Part shown: one piece after another, positions 9,807 to 18,500 of the stretch
Position numbering within the stretch: position 1 is the stretch's first letter
Layout: each line of letters opens with the position of its first letter
Assembly (NCBI RefSeq): GCF_000009045.1
Contig: NC_000964.3
Span: 2,160,001 to 2,192,000 of the forward strand
Length of the DNA: 32,000 nucleotides
DNA from: Bacillus subtilis subsp. subtilis str. 168
GTDB taxonomy: Bacteria; Bacillota; Bacilli; Bacillales; Bacillaceae
Direction: 5' to 3'
The notes under the pieces: generated by a model
The model's input: only the letters and a program-made list of their open reading frames with translations
What the model was told of the DNA's origin: nothing
The model's database searches: none
Made by a program: the position numbers and the translations under genes

Positions 9807-9926
9807 ATGGGATTCTACAGCGGATATTCTGGTGGATACTCTGGCGGCGGATACGGAAGCAGCTTCGTCTTGATCGTTGTGTTATTCATCCTATTGATCA
9901 TTGTTGGTGCTACATTCCTATACTAA
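9807..9926 (+). CDS. YjcZ-family-like 39-aa Gly/Tyr-rich membrane peptide (sporulation-protein-like)
   Basis: AAAGGAGGTGGCAAT-ATG; MGFYSGYSGGYSGGGYGSSFVLIVVLFILLIIVGATFLY. The Gly/Tyr-rich head and single TM match the YjcZ-type family. Confidence 0.88.
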   Translation: MGFYSGYSGGYSGGGYGSSFVLIVVLFILLIIVGATFLY

Positions 9927-9972
9927 TCTCAGAGTAAATCCAGAGCCTTTGAATCACCTCCCTGTTCGATAG

Positions 9973-10005
9973 ACGCCATAAAACTTCTTATGGCGTTTTT
10001 TATTT
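9973..10005 (+). terminator. Rho-independent terminator of the + strand 39-aa gene
   Basis: ACGCCATAA-AACTTC-TTATGGCGT followed by TTTTTATTTTT. Confidence 0.9.
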
Positions 10006-10029
10006 TTACATTTGTATAAAAGGAATATT

Positions 10030-10263
10030 TTATCCTCTTATTTTGTATTTGATATTTAATCCTAAATGTTCTAATGTCTTCTTAACACTTAAATTGCTGC
10101 ATTCATTTTTCACTTTATCGGAATAACCCTTTGCACAACTTTCACAACAGTTGAAGTCTACATAAGTTTTTTCATCGCTGATCCTAAGACAAATTGTTTT
10201 TCCGCTTATGTACTCCTTACAGATGTCACATATATGATTCATTAACACTCTCCTTCGCCTCAA
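10030..10263 (-). CDS. Small Cys-rich, zinc-ribbon-like protein
   Basis: CDICKEYISGKTICLRI...NFNCCESCAKGY-type pattern (ORF: DFNCCESCAKGY/CDICKEY) preceded by GGCGAAGGAGAG; the first residues of the ORF may be an over-extension. Confidence 0.6.
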   Translation of the reverse strand: MRRRRVLMNHICDICKEYISGKTICLRISDEKTYVDFNCCESCAKGYSDKVKNECSNLSVKKTLEHLGLNIKYKIRG

Positions 10264-10272
10264 CGTAAATTT

Positions 10273-10301
10273 ATTATATACATATTATTTGTTTTTGTCT
10301 A
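10273..10301 (-). promoter_or_regulatory. Promoter-like repeated element, copy A
   Basis: Minus strand TAGACA-N17-TATAAT: TAGACAAAAACAAATAATATGTATATAAT. Confidence 0.8.
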
Positions 10302-10308
10302 TCGGTTT

Positions 10309-10491
10309 TTAAATAATTTCTTTAATATTTTTCAGCTTTGCAAAAACAGACATTATATCTTTATCACACCGCTCCCAAACACGCTTTTCTTCAGGCCTTA
10401 AAGTGTTTTCTAAATAAACATAAAGCTTATCCAATACTCCTTCAGCAGCATCTATATCATCAATTACAAGATCCCTAACAATATCCTTAAT
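10309..10491 (-). CDS. Possible 60-aa protein with ATT (or adjacent ATC) start
   Basis: Open frame [70 protein letters not shown] just upstream, no ATG/GTG/TTG near the RBS. Confidence 0.45.
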
Positions 10492-10503
10492 GATACCCTC
10501 TCC

Positions 10504-10731
10504 CTATGAAAATATGGTTATTGCTTTTCCATTGTCATTTTTTATGTATGGGGAATATTTTCGGTCTAGGCAATTCTTCGACTTTCCTTCTCCCAGGCTT
10601 ACATTATAAATATCCCCTACCTCATAAACTTCGTATGCTTGTTCTTTTGCATGTTCAGGTGATAGCGCCTCAATAACTAGAGACGCATTTTCACCTTTGC
10701 TGTCTTTACACCTTACATAATACTTTTTCAA
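10504..10731 (-). CDS. Hypothetical protein
   Basis: 75-aa ORF in operon order. Confidence 0.7.
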   Translation of the reverse strand: MKKYYVRCKDSKGENASLVIEALSPEHAKEQAYEVYEVGDIYNVSLGEGKSKNCLDRKYSPYIKNDNGKAITIFS

Positions 10732-10770
10732 TAAACATCCCTTTATCCTTTCATTTTTTCTCGAAACAAT

Positions 10771-11142
10771 TTAATGAATCAAGCCTTGATATGTATTTGG
10801 TTTAATATTGTGTAGATTGTTTAGGTTAGTTAACCGCTCGATTTCCTTACTCATCGCATAACATTGATCAACATAAAATTTCTTTGGCATAATCACAAAC
10901 TGGCCATCTTTAAATCCTTCCGCACCGGCTTCTTGCATTGCTGCTGGAAAGATATCAATTAGACTACCTTTCTTAAAGCTCTCAATATACTCATCTACTG
11001 AAATAGTGTGCAAAACCTTAGCTAATACTCCATTAGTCTTTTCATCGTTATGTACGTAAATGCTTTGTGTATGTGGTTCAATAACTACAAAATCAAGAGC
11101 GTTTACCAAGTCAATTTTTTCTTGATCAGTTAGCATATTCAC
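10771..11142 (-). CDS. Hypothetical protein
   Basis: 123-aa ORF preceded by AAGGAG. Confidence 0.75.
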   Translation of the reverse strand: MNMLTDQEKIDLVNALDFVVIEPHTQSIYVHNDEKTNGVLAKVLHTISVDEYIESFKKGSLIDIFPAAMQEAGAEGFKDGQFVIMPKKFYVDQCYAMSKEIERLTNLNNLHNIKPNTYQGLIH

Positions 11143-11423
11143 TCTCCTTTTAAATACGACTTGAAAAACTCACTTAAGTTATCAGCCATAGCTGCAGCAA
11201 CTTCAGAAAAGTATTTATGTCTTTTCTCCTCTGATTTCAAAAACTCAACTGTCGTTTCTGCAATTTCTTTAATCTTGTCTTCTTTGATATTTCCATTCCT
11301 AACACGCTCTTTAATCTCCTCTGTCTCTTTTTTTAGGGACTCTGGGTAACTATCCAATCGATCCACTCCTCTTATTTTATATTTGTTTAAAAGACAAATT
11401 TTATTCAGATTCTTTATTAACAT
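11139..11423 (-). CDS. Hypothetical protein; start probably internal
   Basis: 94-aa ORF; AAGAGGAG lies before the internal MDRLDS-like start, which avoids the overlap with the methyltransferase. Confidence 0.55.
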   Translation of the reverse strand: MLIKNLNKICLLNKYKIRGVDRLDSYPESLKKETEEIKERVRNGNIKEDKIKEIAETTVEFLKSEEKRHKYFSEVAAAMADNLSEFFKSYLKGE

Positions 11424-12735
11424 ATGTATGTATTAATTCTTGAAATATAGACTCAAGCACACTAACTGTAATTGAATTACCGGCTTGCTTGTATAATTGT
11501 GAGTTACTTATTCCTGCTGCAAAAGCTTTTTCAAAATCTTCGTCATCAAATGCTTGGAGTCTCCAACATTCTAATGGAGAGAGCTTTCTAATTTTATATT
11601 TTGGGTATTCTCCGATTGCTACACCATGTCGATCAATTGTATTAACCGTGAAAGCCGGTTCTCCGTTTTCTTTAAAACGTCTTCCATTCTGTCTTTTCTC
11701 TTCTCTTTCTGGCGTTAACACTGCCCTTACTTCTTTCTGCTTTTCTGCGATTTTAGGTTCTCTGTGACCGCCGCCCATTGTAGTTAATGTCGGTGAAAGT
11801 CCTTCAGGCGAGTAAACTCTTTTGATGGCATCGTGACCTTTTAAATCCACGTGTCCCACCATTAACGGCTCCCTTACTTCTTGTTTTTGTAGCGGTGCGG
11901 TTCCTAGTTGCTCAACAAGTTTCTTCGTCTTTTCTTCATTTAAGTAATACTTCTCATCAACAAAATCCTCAAGAATTTCTCTCAACCTCTTTGTGACAGT
12001 GTCTTGTAAAGGCCATTTAAAATTAAAACTCTTTATATTTATTTCTTGCAATCTCTTTTTACCTTTACTCAGAACATCGTTTCGCTTCTGACCTACAACC
12101 CATTGTTCATTTTCAACCAAATCTTCTCTAATGCCAATTATGTATACCCGTTCACGATTCTGTGGAACATTGAAAAACTTTGAATTAAGTAGCTCTAGGT
12201 CAATCCTATAGCCTATATTGTTCATAGTCTCACTAATTATTCTTAACACTTGTCCATTGCCACTATTAATTAGCCCTTTTACATTTTCTAATATCACAAA
12301 TTTCGGCTTCTTCTCTTCTGCTAACAAAGCTGTTTCAAAAAAGAGCGTTCCCCGTTCATCTTTAGCCTTAGAAACAGCTTCACACTTCGGGCATTTGACT
12401 CCCTTCTTATAATCCTCATAAGTAATTAAATGCTCGTGCGAACAATTGCTACACTTATATTCCATACCATCACGGCCGCCGGCTACTGAAAAAGTGGGAC
12501 AAGGAAATCCACTTGTTAACAAATCAAAATATGGAATATTATCTTTCTTAGCTTTACTTATGTCTCCAACATTCAATGTTTCACTTACATTATGAATTGC
12601 ACAATAAGATTTGATTGCATATTTATCTATTTCACTAAAGCCAATCAGTTCATAATCAACGCCTATGTTTCTTAATGCAGCTTCAAATGCACCAATTCCA
12701 CTAAAAAGGCTCATTACACGTAGTTTACTCAACAA
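11401..12735 (-). CDS. mtbP: DNA (cytosine-5-)methyltransferase, SPbeta type
   Basis: LFSGIGAFEAAL (motif I), LLTSGFPCPTFSVAGG (motif IV), FVILENVKGL (motif VI), conserved C-terminal ...LSPLECWRLQAF...GNSITV. Confidence 0.95.
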   Translation of the reverse strand: MLSKLRVMSLFSGIGAFEAALRNIGVDYELIGFSEIDKYAIKSYCAIHNVSETLNVGDISKAKKDNIPYFDLLTSGFPCPTFSVAGGRDGMEYKCSNCSHEHLITYEDYKKGVKCPKCEAVSKAKDERGTLFFETALLAEEKKPKFVILENVKGLINSGNGQVLRIISETMNNIGYRIDLELLNSKFFNVPQNRERVYIIGIREDLVENEQWVVGQKRNDVLSKGKKRLQEINIKSFNFKWPLQDTVTKRLREILEDFVDEKYYLNEEKTKKLVEQLGTAPLQKQEVREPLMVGHVDLKGHDAIKRVYSPEGLSPTLTTMGGGHREPKIAEKQKEVRAVLTPEREEKRQNGRRFKENGEPAFTVNTIDRHGVAIGEYPKYKIRKLSPLECWRLQAFDDEDFEKAFAAGISNSQLYKQAGNSITVSVLESIFQELIHTYVNKESE

Positions 12736-12931
12736 ACAACCTCCATATATTTTATTTTTACTCTAAATAAAATTGATCTTTTATTTTAATTTCTTTAGCA
12801 CTTTTTCAAACTCTGTTTTTGCTTCGTTCATAATTTGATATACCTTGTGATGAATTGTTGACTCACAAGAAGCTGACAGTCTTTTAATAAAACGTTCCAC
12901 TGTTTTCTCCTTTCTGGATAAATGAGATATT

Positions 12932-13450
12932 TTAAAGTAATTTTCGTTCAATCTCTTCCCAATTCATAACACGAATAAATCTATTTTCATTCCTGTTATG
13001 GGGAGCATCAAATAGTATCTTCATTCCTTCAAATGATTCTAAGTTATGTATTCCATCATCGATCATGATGTCTGCTTTAATTATGTTTTTATTGCCACAA
13101 AGCACAACATTGCTATGAGGAATAAATGGAAAATATTCTGTAAGCCATTCAAGCTTTGCTTTAAGGGAATCTGGATGGTTTGTTGCTGTAGTCACAACAT
13201 ACACTTCATATTTCTTCATCAGCTCTTTTGTCACTCTTTGGCTACCTTCTATAACATTTAGATTTCTGAACAAATCGTAATCTAAATGTCTATAAACATT
13301 ATTGTTGGTATTTGTATATTTTTTTATATCCCAACATAGGATGTCTTTCTCTTTGAGAAAAGGATCATCGTATGTGTTAATGTAAGCTACCCAATCACTT
13401 AGTAAATCAGCTAAGACCTGATCCATGTCAATCGCAATTACTTTTTTCAT
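12932..13450 (-). CDS. yorS: 5'(3')-deoxyribonucleotidase-like HAD phosphatase
   Basis: IDMDQVLADL (DxD HAD motif I), VVTTATNHPDSLKAKLEWL, ADIMIDD motif. Confidence 0.88.
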   Translation of the reverse strand: MKKVIAIDMDQVLADLLSDWVAYINTYDDPFLKEKDILCWDIKKYTNTNNNVYRHLDYDLFRNLNVIEGSQRVTKELMKKYEVYVVTTATNHPDSLKAKLEWLTEYFPFIPHSNVVLCGNKNIIKADIMIDDGIHNLESFEGMKILFDAPHNRNENRFIRVMNWEEIERKLL

Positions 13451-13458
13451 AAATTCCC

Positions 13459-13956
13459 CTATTCCACTAAAAAGATTATGTCTTTAGCAATTTCGTCACT
13501 TGACCATTGTCCAGTATCCCATGAATATGTATGTAATCCCGCATTGCTCATAACTTCTCTGTACAACTCTAAAATTGAATCAATGTCTTTTCCCTCTATA
13601 TACTCATCTCCACGTACCCTCAACCTTTTCTTAATAACGCTTGGATCAGCGTGTAAGTATACAACCTTCGCTTTTGCTTTAATTTTATCCTCAATAAATC
13701 TAAGCTGTCGCTCTGTAAGGATCGAGTAATCTTTGAATTTCTTTGCATATACCAAGTTAGAATAAACAAACCTGTCAATAATCACGTTGTCTTCATCAGC
13801 TAGTTTATTGAAGTGTTCAAATAACTTCTCATTTCCGCTTTTGGCCAACTCAAAGCTTGAACCTTTGATAATTGGATACTTCAGTTCTTTACTTAGCTTT
13901 GCTGCAACTGTTGATTTAAAGCAGCAATCAGGCCCCTCCAAGATAATTAATGTCAT
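13459..13956 (-). CDS. yorR: Deoxynucleoside/thymidylate kinase-like P-loop protein
   Basis: LIILEGPDCCFKSTVAAKLSKEL, NVIIDRFVYSNLVY, VVYLHADPSVIKKRLRVRGDEY. Confidence 0.85.
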   Translation of the reverse strand: MTLIILEGPDCCFKSTVAAKLSKELKYPIIKGSSFELAKSGNEKLFEHFNKLADEDNVIIDRFVYSNLVYAKKFKDYSILTERQLRFIEDKIKAKAKVVYLHADPSVIKKRLRVRGDEYIEGKDIDSILELYREVMSNAGLHTYSWDTGQWSSDEIAKDIIFLVE

Positions 13957-14111
13957 TAATCCTCCACCTTCCTTACTTTATGAAATCCAACAACCTGGTA
14001 AGTGCCATCAGGATACTTTACTTCTATCTGGTTGTATCGATAATCAACTTTCGCAACAGCTCCAATCTCATCTGTAAAATCAACAATTACCTTTTGACCT
14101 TTTTTAAACAT
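13956..14111 (-). CDS. Hypothetical 51-aa protein (not in ORF track), YorQ-like
   Basis: MFKKGQKVIVDFTDEIGAVAKVDYRYNQIEVKYPDGTYQVVGFHKVRKVED; AAGGGAGG upstream. Confidence 0.8.
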   Translation of the reverse strand: MFKKGQKVIVDFTDEIGAVAKVDYRYNQIEVKYPDGTYQVVGFHKVRKVED

Positions 14112-14340
14112 AAGCTAAACCTCCCTTTAGTGGTGTTAATTCATGTTCTTTAAAGTAAGTAATGTCACCTGTTTCATCGCTAACTGCATAGTCATATGTA
14201 GCTGAATGTAAATGCTCGATAATCTTTCCTTTTCTCCCCACATGATGTGGGCATCCATATCGTGCATTATTGTTAATTTCTACAGCTAGTCCAACAGGAT
14301 AACTCCAGTATTTAGGCAATTTAATACCACCTCCCCTCAA
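14104..14340 (-). CDS. Small SH3-like fold protein, YorP-like; real start likely just downstream of the ORF start
   Basis: KYWSYPVGLAVEINNNARYGCPHHVGRKGKIIEHLHSATYDYAVSDETGDITYFKEHELTPL. Size and sequence recalled as YorP-like, not searched. Confidence 0.7.
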   Translation of the reverse strand: MRGGGIKLPKYWSYPVGLAVEINNNARYGCPHHVGRKGKIIEHLHSATYDYAVSDETGDITYFKEHELTPLKGGLAYV

Positions 14341-14351
14341 TAAAAAACCTC

Positions 14352-14549
14352 TTAATCTTCTGTTACTATTCTCGAAACCTGTTTTTCATTAAACCCAAGG
14401 GACGACAAGAACCTCTTAAAATCATCTAGCAACAATCTAGGGATTTCCCCTTTATGTTCTTCAATAATCGACGGTTTATAAGTCTTATTTAATCTGGTCA
14501 CCTGTCCATATTCGTCTGTGAATGACATTTCAATTTGAATACACTTCAA
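14352..14549 (-). CDS. Hypothetical protein
   Basis: 65-aa ORF, TTG or downstream start, operon order. Confidence 0.65.
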   Translation of the reverse strand: MKCIQIEMSFTDEYGQVTRLNKTYKPSIIEEHKGEIPRLLLDDFKRFLSSLGFNEKQVSRIVTED

Positions 14550-14584
14550 TTATCTCACCCTATTTTTTATTTTTGTCATGCATT

Positions 14585-14743
14585 TTAACTGCTTGTTGCC
14601 ATAACAACATCATCAAAACGTCTTTCATCATAAGTTCCATCATAATAACAGAGTTCTACTGTTTCTGTTTCAGGATAGATCGCTTCAATAATCCCACGCT
14701 CTCCAGTTGATTTTACCTTAGCCTCTTTATCCAAAATGAACAT
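14585..14743 (-). CDS. Hypothetical 52-aa protein (not in ORF track)
   Basis: MFILDKEAKVKSTGERGIIEAIYPETETVELCYYDGTYDERRFDDVVMATSS; resembles the neighbouring 51-aa and YorP-like proteins in layout. Confidence 0.65.
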   Translation of the reverse strand: MFILDKEAKVKSTGERGIIEAIYPETETVELCYYDGTYDERRFDDVVMATSS

Positions 14744-14851
14744 CCTCTTCACTCTCTCTATGTAATAGTTTTCCTTGGGATAAATTTCATGTTATGTATT
14801 GCATCGAACGAATTGTTGAAATGTTTATACCTTTCAGTCATTTGGATCGAT

Positions 14852-15568
14852 TTACCAGCTTACTCTTACATTTTTACGACCAAATGCATTTGCTTCTTGC
14901 TCACTGTCCATTAGAATATCAATACGATTGTTTTTAATGTCCCCTCCTGTATCTATTGCATATGCTTGAAAGCTATTTCCTTCATATGAAACTTGCACTA
15001 ATGAATACAAAGGAATTACTTCTGGATCAACAGCAATTATTCTTTTTCCATTGTAATAGGATGTGTTTGATACATCGTAGCCGGTTCTTGTTTTCCCTGT
15101 GCACCCTGTAGAGCAAAACGCAGTATAAGCAGTAGCAACAACTTCATGACTCTTCACTGCCTTTGCATTTGTACTTTTTGAAACTGCTTTATCAAGATTT
15201 CTCTTTGTATTGGTTTTTTGCACTTTTTTTGTTTTTGTATGTTTTGCTGCTTTTTTATTTTCTTCTGTTAGATATGTAATTGTCGCATTAAGATACTTTT
15301 TTCTACTTTCAGCCTGCTTTTCTTCCTCACTCTTTAGCCTAGGAAGGATTCTTGGAACGTCAATTTCGTGAATAAGTTTTTGCCTCACCTCTTTTTTATT
15401 TAAATAAAATGACTTTTTTATTGAGACTTGATTATCTTGATGTGTATACAAGTTTTTAGCGCTATATACGAGCCCTACTCCTAACAAACCAATTGTAGCA
15501 AAAAGTGCCATTTTGTTAATTCTATGATATACATATTTTTTATGTTTGTCTATAAGTTTTTTGAAAAT
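14852..15568 (-). CDS. yorM: 3D-domain (cell-wall-active) protein, YorM-like; proposed ATT start at 15568 (ORF track start 15511)
   Basis: C-terminus VVATAYTAFCSTGCTGKTRTGYDVS...IIAVDPEVIPLYSLVQV...AIDTGGDIKNNRIDILM is a 3D domain. The frame is open upstream to GGAGAG-N6-ATT. Confidence 0.8.
   Translation of the reverse strand: MFKKLIDKHKKYVYHRINKMALFATIGLLGVGLVYSAKNLYTHQDNQVSIKKSFYLNKKEVRQKLIHEIDVPRILPRLKSEEEKQAESRKKYLNATITYLTEENKKAAKHTKTKKVQKTNTKRNLDKAVSKSTNAKAVKSHEVVATAYTAFCSTGCTGKTRTGYDVSNTSYYNGKRIIAVDPEVIPLYSLVQVSYEGNSFQAYAIDTGGDIKNNRIDILMDSEQEANAFGRKNVRVSW
15524..15552 (-). promoter_or_regulatory. Promoter-like repeated element, copy B
   Basis: Minus strand TAGACAAACATAAAAAATATGTATATCAT, 2 mismatches in 29 versus copy C. 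Confidence 0.65.
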
Positions 15569-15595
15569 TTTTATCTCTCCTATATCAGTTAAGAT

Positions 15596-18500
15596 TTATA
15601 TTTCTGCCCTTTTAGTTGTCAAACTCATACTTCCTTCATTATCAACAAAATCTATTCTGCAGACTGTGTGATTATATATGCTATCTTTATAGACCTTCGG
15701 AATAAAATTGTTACCTCTTCTGAAACCAGTAAACATGAGCAATGTTCCTCTGGTATACCAAGATTTCTCGATTACCTCTTTCTTTCCGCCACCAATTGAT
15801 CTAGAAATCTGTTTATTGTAATGACTAAAGCTGCCCGACCACTGTTTAACTGTAACCACCCCTGTAGGTGTTAGAAGAGTAATTGCATGTTTGTTTTTAT
15901 CCCTATCTAAAACAGTGCCTATAATCCGTGTAGTCTCATATTCATAGAGAGTTTTCCCTCTCCATTGATAAGGTTTACCTTTGACCGGCTCTGCTGGCAG
16001 TTTATAAAAGTCAGCAATATCATACTTGGCAAAGTTTACACCAGAAAGCTCATGGTCATTATAATAATAGCTCAATGAATCCATTTCCCACTTTCCTAAT
16101 GACCCATCGGCGTATTTTTCCCACTCTTTTATTAATAAACAATCATTCAATTTCTTCAGTGGTTCTTCTGTTGTTATCCAGGACTTTATATTAGACATCT
16201 TGTTATCATATTCTTTTTTAAAAGCTTTTTCAGAAATGACAAGCTGCCCGTTTAACATGTCAACTACACTATCCTCACTGAAATGCTGGTTATAAAACGA
16301 AGCTGATACATCGTCCAATAAAAAAAGTTTATCTTTTGGCGACTTTAATGTTTTGTACACCTTTTTGCTGATGTAATCTTTAAAACGAAAGAATCTCACT
16401 TCTTGTGCAAATTCTGAAGGAACAATGTTGTTTTCAATTAGCATTTTTAAATTAGACAACGTAAGCTTACTTTTTGGTTCTGATATTAAGCTAATAAAGG
16501 CCTTCATGATTTCTTGCCTGTTTCCAAAAGAATCAAAGCAGCCTCCTTTTATTAATTGGATTACTTGTCCTTTCTTAATAATGCCGCTCTTAAACATTCT
16601 TTCAATAAAGTCGTTAAAGTCACTATATGGTCTATTTAGAACTATATGATGAATAACATCGTCTCCAATTCCATTCATTCCTTTAAGTCCAAATAAAATT
16701 GAATTGTTGTTAATATCAGTCCTAAAACCAAAATCAGCCTTATTTATATCTGGGAGGTCTATTTTAATCCCTCTTTGTCTAATGTTTCCGATGGCTGAAG
16801 CAACTTTTCCGTAGTTTGTAGCAGCTGTCTTTTTGTTGTCTTTTGTATCCTCGGTATCTATTCCTCCGCTGTTTACCGTTAAACAAGCAGTATTCCAGTA
16901 TAAAGGATTATATCGATAGTTTAAGTTCAATTCCTGTAATGCAATAATTGAATATGCCAAGGTATGAAGTAAACTAAAACTGTAGCCAAACTGTCTTTTA
17001 AATTGAACATTCCAGACATAATTCAACAGGTTATCAGAAGTGCCAATCTCCTTTCCTTTTTTAAAAAACAATTCTTCCACTTCTTTTAGTACATCTTCTT
17101 TCTTTTTTGCTATGGATTTCCTAAGATAATTTGATTCTTTAATGTCAAAGTTAGCTATATCTTTATCCATAACCATCTGCATAACCACTTCTTGAGTATC
17201 AGCAACACCATAAATGTCCTTAAGGTGCCTCTCCATTACTCTGATTTCCTTTTCGCTTAGACCGTACCGTGTCATTTCTTCATACCATTTATTAAGGTTA
17301 TTTTTGTATTTAACATATGTATCTACAGGCTGTTCTTCACCGTCTGACATAAGCCTCATTAAAGAATTGGTTACTGCTGCTTCAAGTAAGTTCTTAGGTT
17401 TTACTTTGACAACTGATTGATGACCGACTTCAGTTGAGAACTGGAATAAATCCATGATTTCCCCATTACCAGCCATTTCCCATAGCTTATCATCTTCATA
17501 CTCAATTACGTCTGGATGGATGTATTTGTTGTATGTTTCCTTCAAGCTTCCTTGCCATTCAATTTCATTATTCTCGATTAATTGGTCTAATGTTACTCTA
17601 ATCTTATCTAAAGCTTCAATTGTAAGAAGGTCAAACTTTACTGAGCCCATGGCTTCACTGTCACCCATATTAAACTGTGTAATATAAGCTCCTTTAGGAG
17701 TTTTCATCATTGCATTCGACTTTGTATATTCATCGTTAAAGATAATTACTCCGGCTGCATGAGAAGAGCGCTTATTAGTTAACCCTTCAATTTTTAAAGC
17801 TGTTTCTTTAAGATTAGGGTATTGTTCAACCTCCCTAATAAACTCTTTAATTGGCTTCCTGCCAGTTTCTTTGTCACCATAAAAACAATGCTTCAAAGGC
17901 CAGTTAGATCCTCTTTCAAATGGAATCATTCCACTTAAATACTGGGATATATCATTATCGATTCCTAAGCCTCTACATGCTGTCTGAAGCGCTGATTTTG
18001 AACCCTCAGTTCCAAAAGTAGCAATTTGAAGAACACGCTTGTCTCCAAACCTTTCTCTTAGTGCCTTAAGAATTTTTTGTCTTTTTGATCCTTCAGTATC
18101 AATATCGATATCTGGTAGGTCAGGTCTCGATTTATGTATATGTCTCCAATGTGGTAAATCATATTGCATTGGATTAATTTGAGTATTGTCGAGTAGATAA
18201 TTAACTAAGTAACCTGCAGCACTTCCCCTGGCTGCCCCAACTAAACTATCTCCTCCACACTCATCATCCCAAATAATATTAATGATTTCTCTAACTGTTA
18301 TGTAATAAGAAGACATAGACTGATTCAGCTTTTGGCTGATTTCCCAAAGTTCACCCAGTTCAACGTTAATCCTGTTCAATATTTTATGAAAAGCTTCTCT
18401 CGTTAGTTCGCTTGTTTTTAATTTCTCTTCAAATCCGTCCTCAATTAACTTAAGGAGATATCTATCTTGTTCATCTGCTGATTCAGACATCTTTTTTATA

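Noticed and set aside
12740-12931. Possible small minus-strand ORF with AGAAAGGAG and GTG near 12900
   Set aside because: The frame closes after about 30 codons and I could not support a product; it may be a degraded or frameshifted gene, so it was not called.
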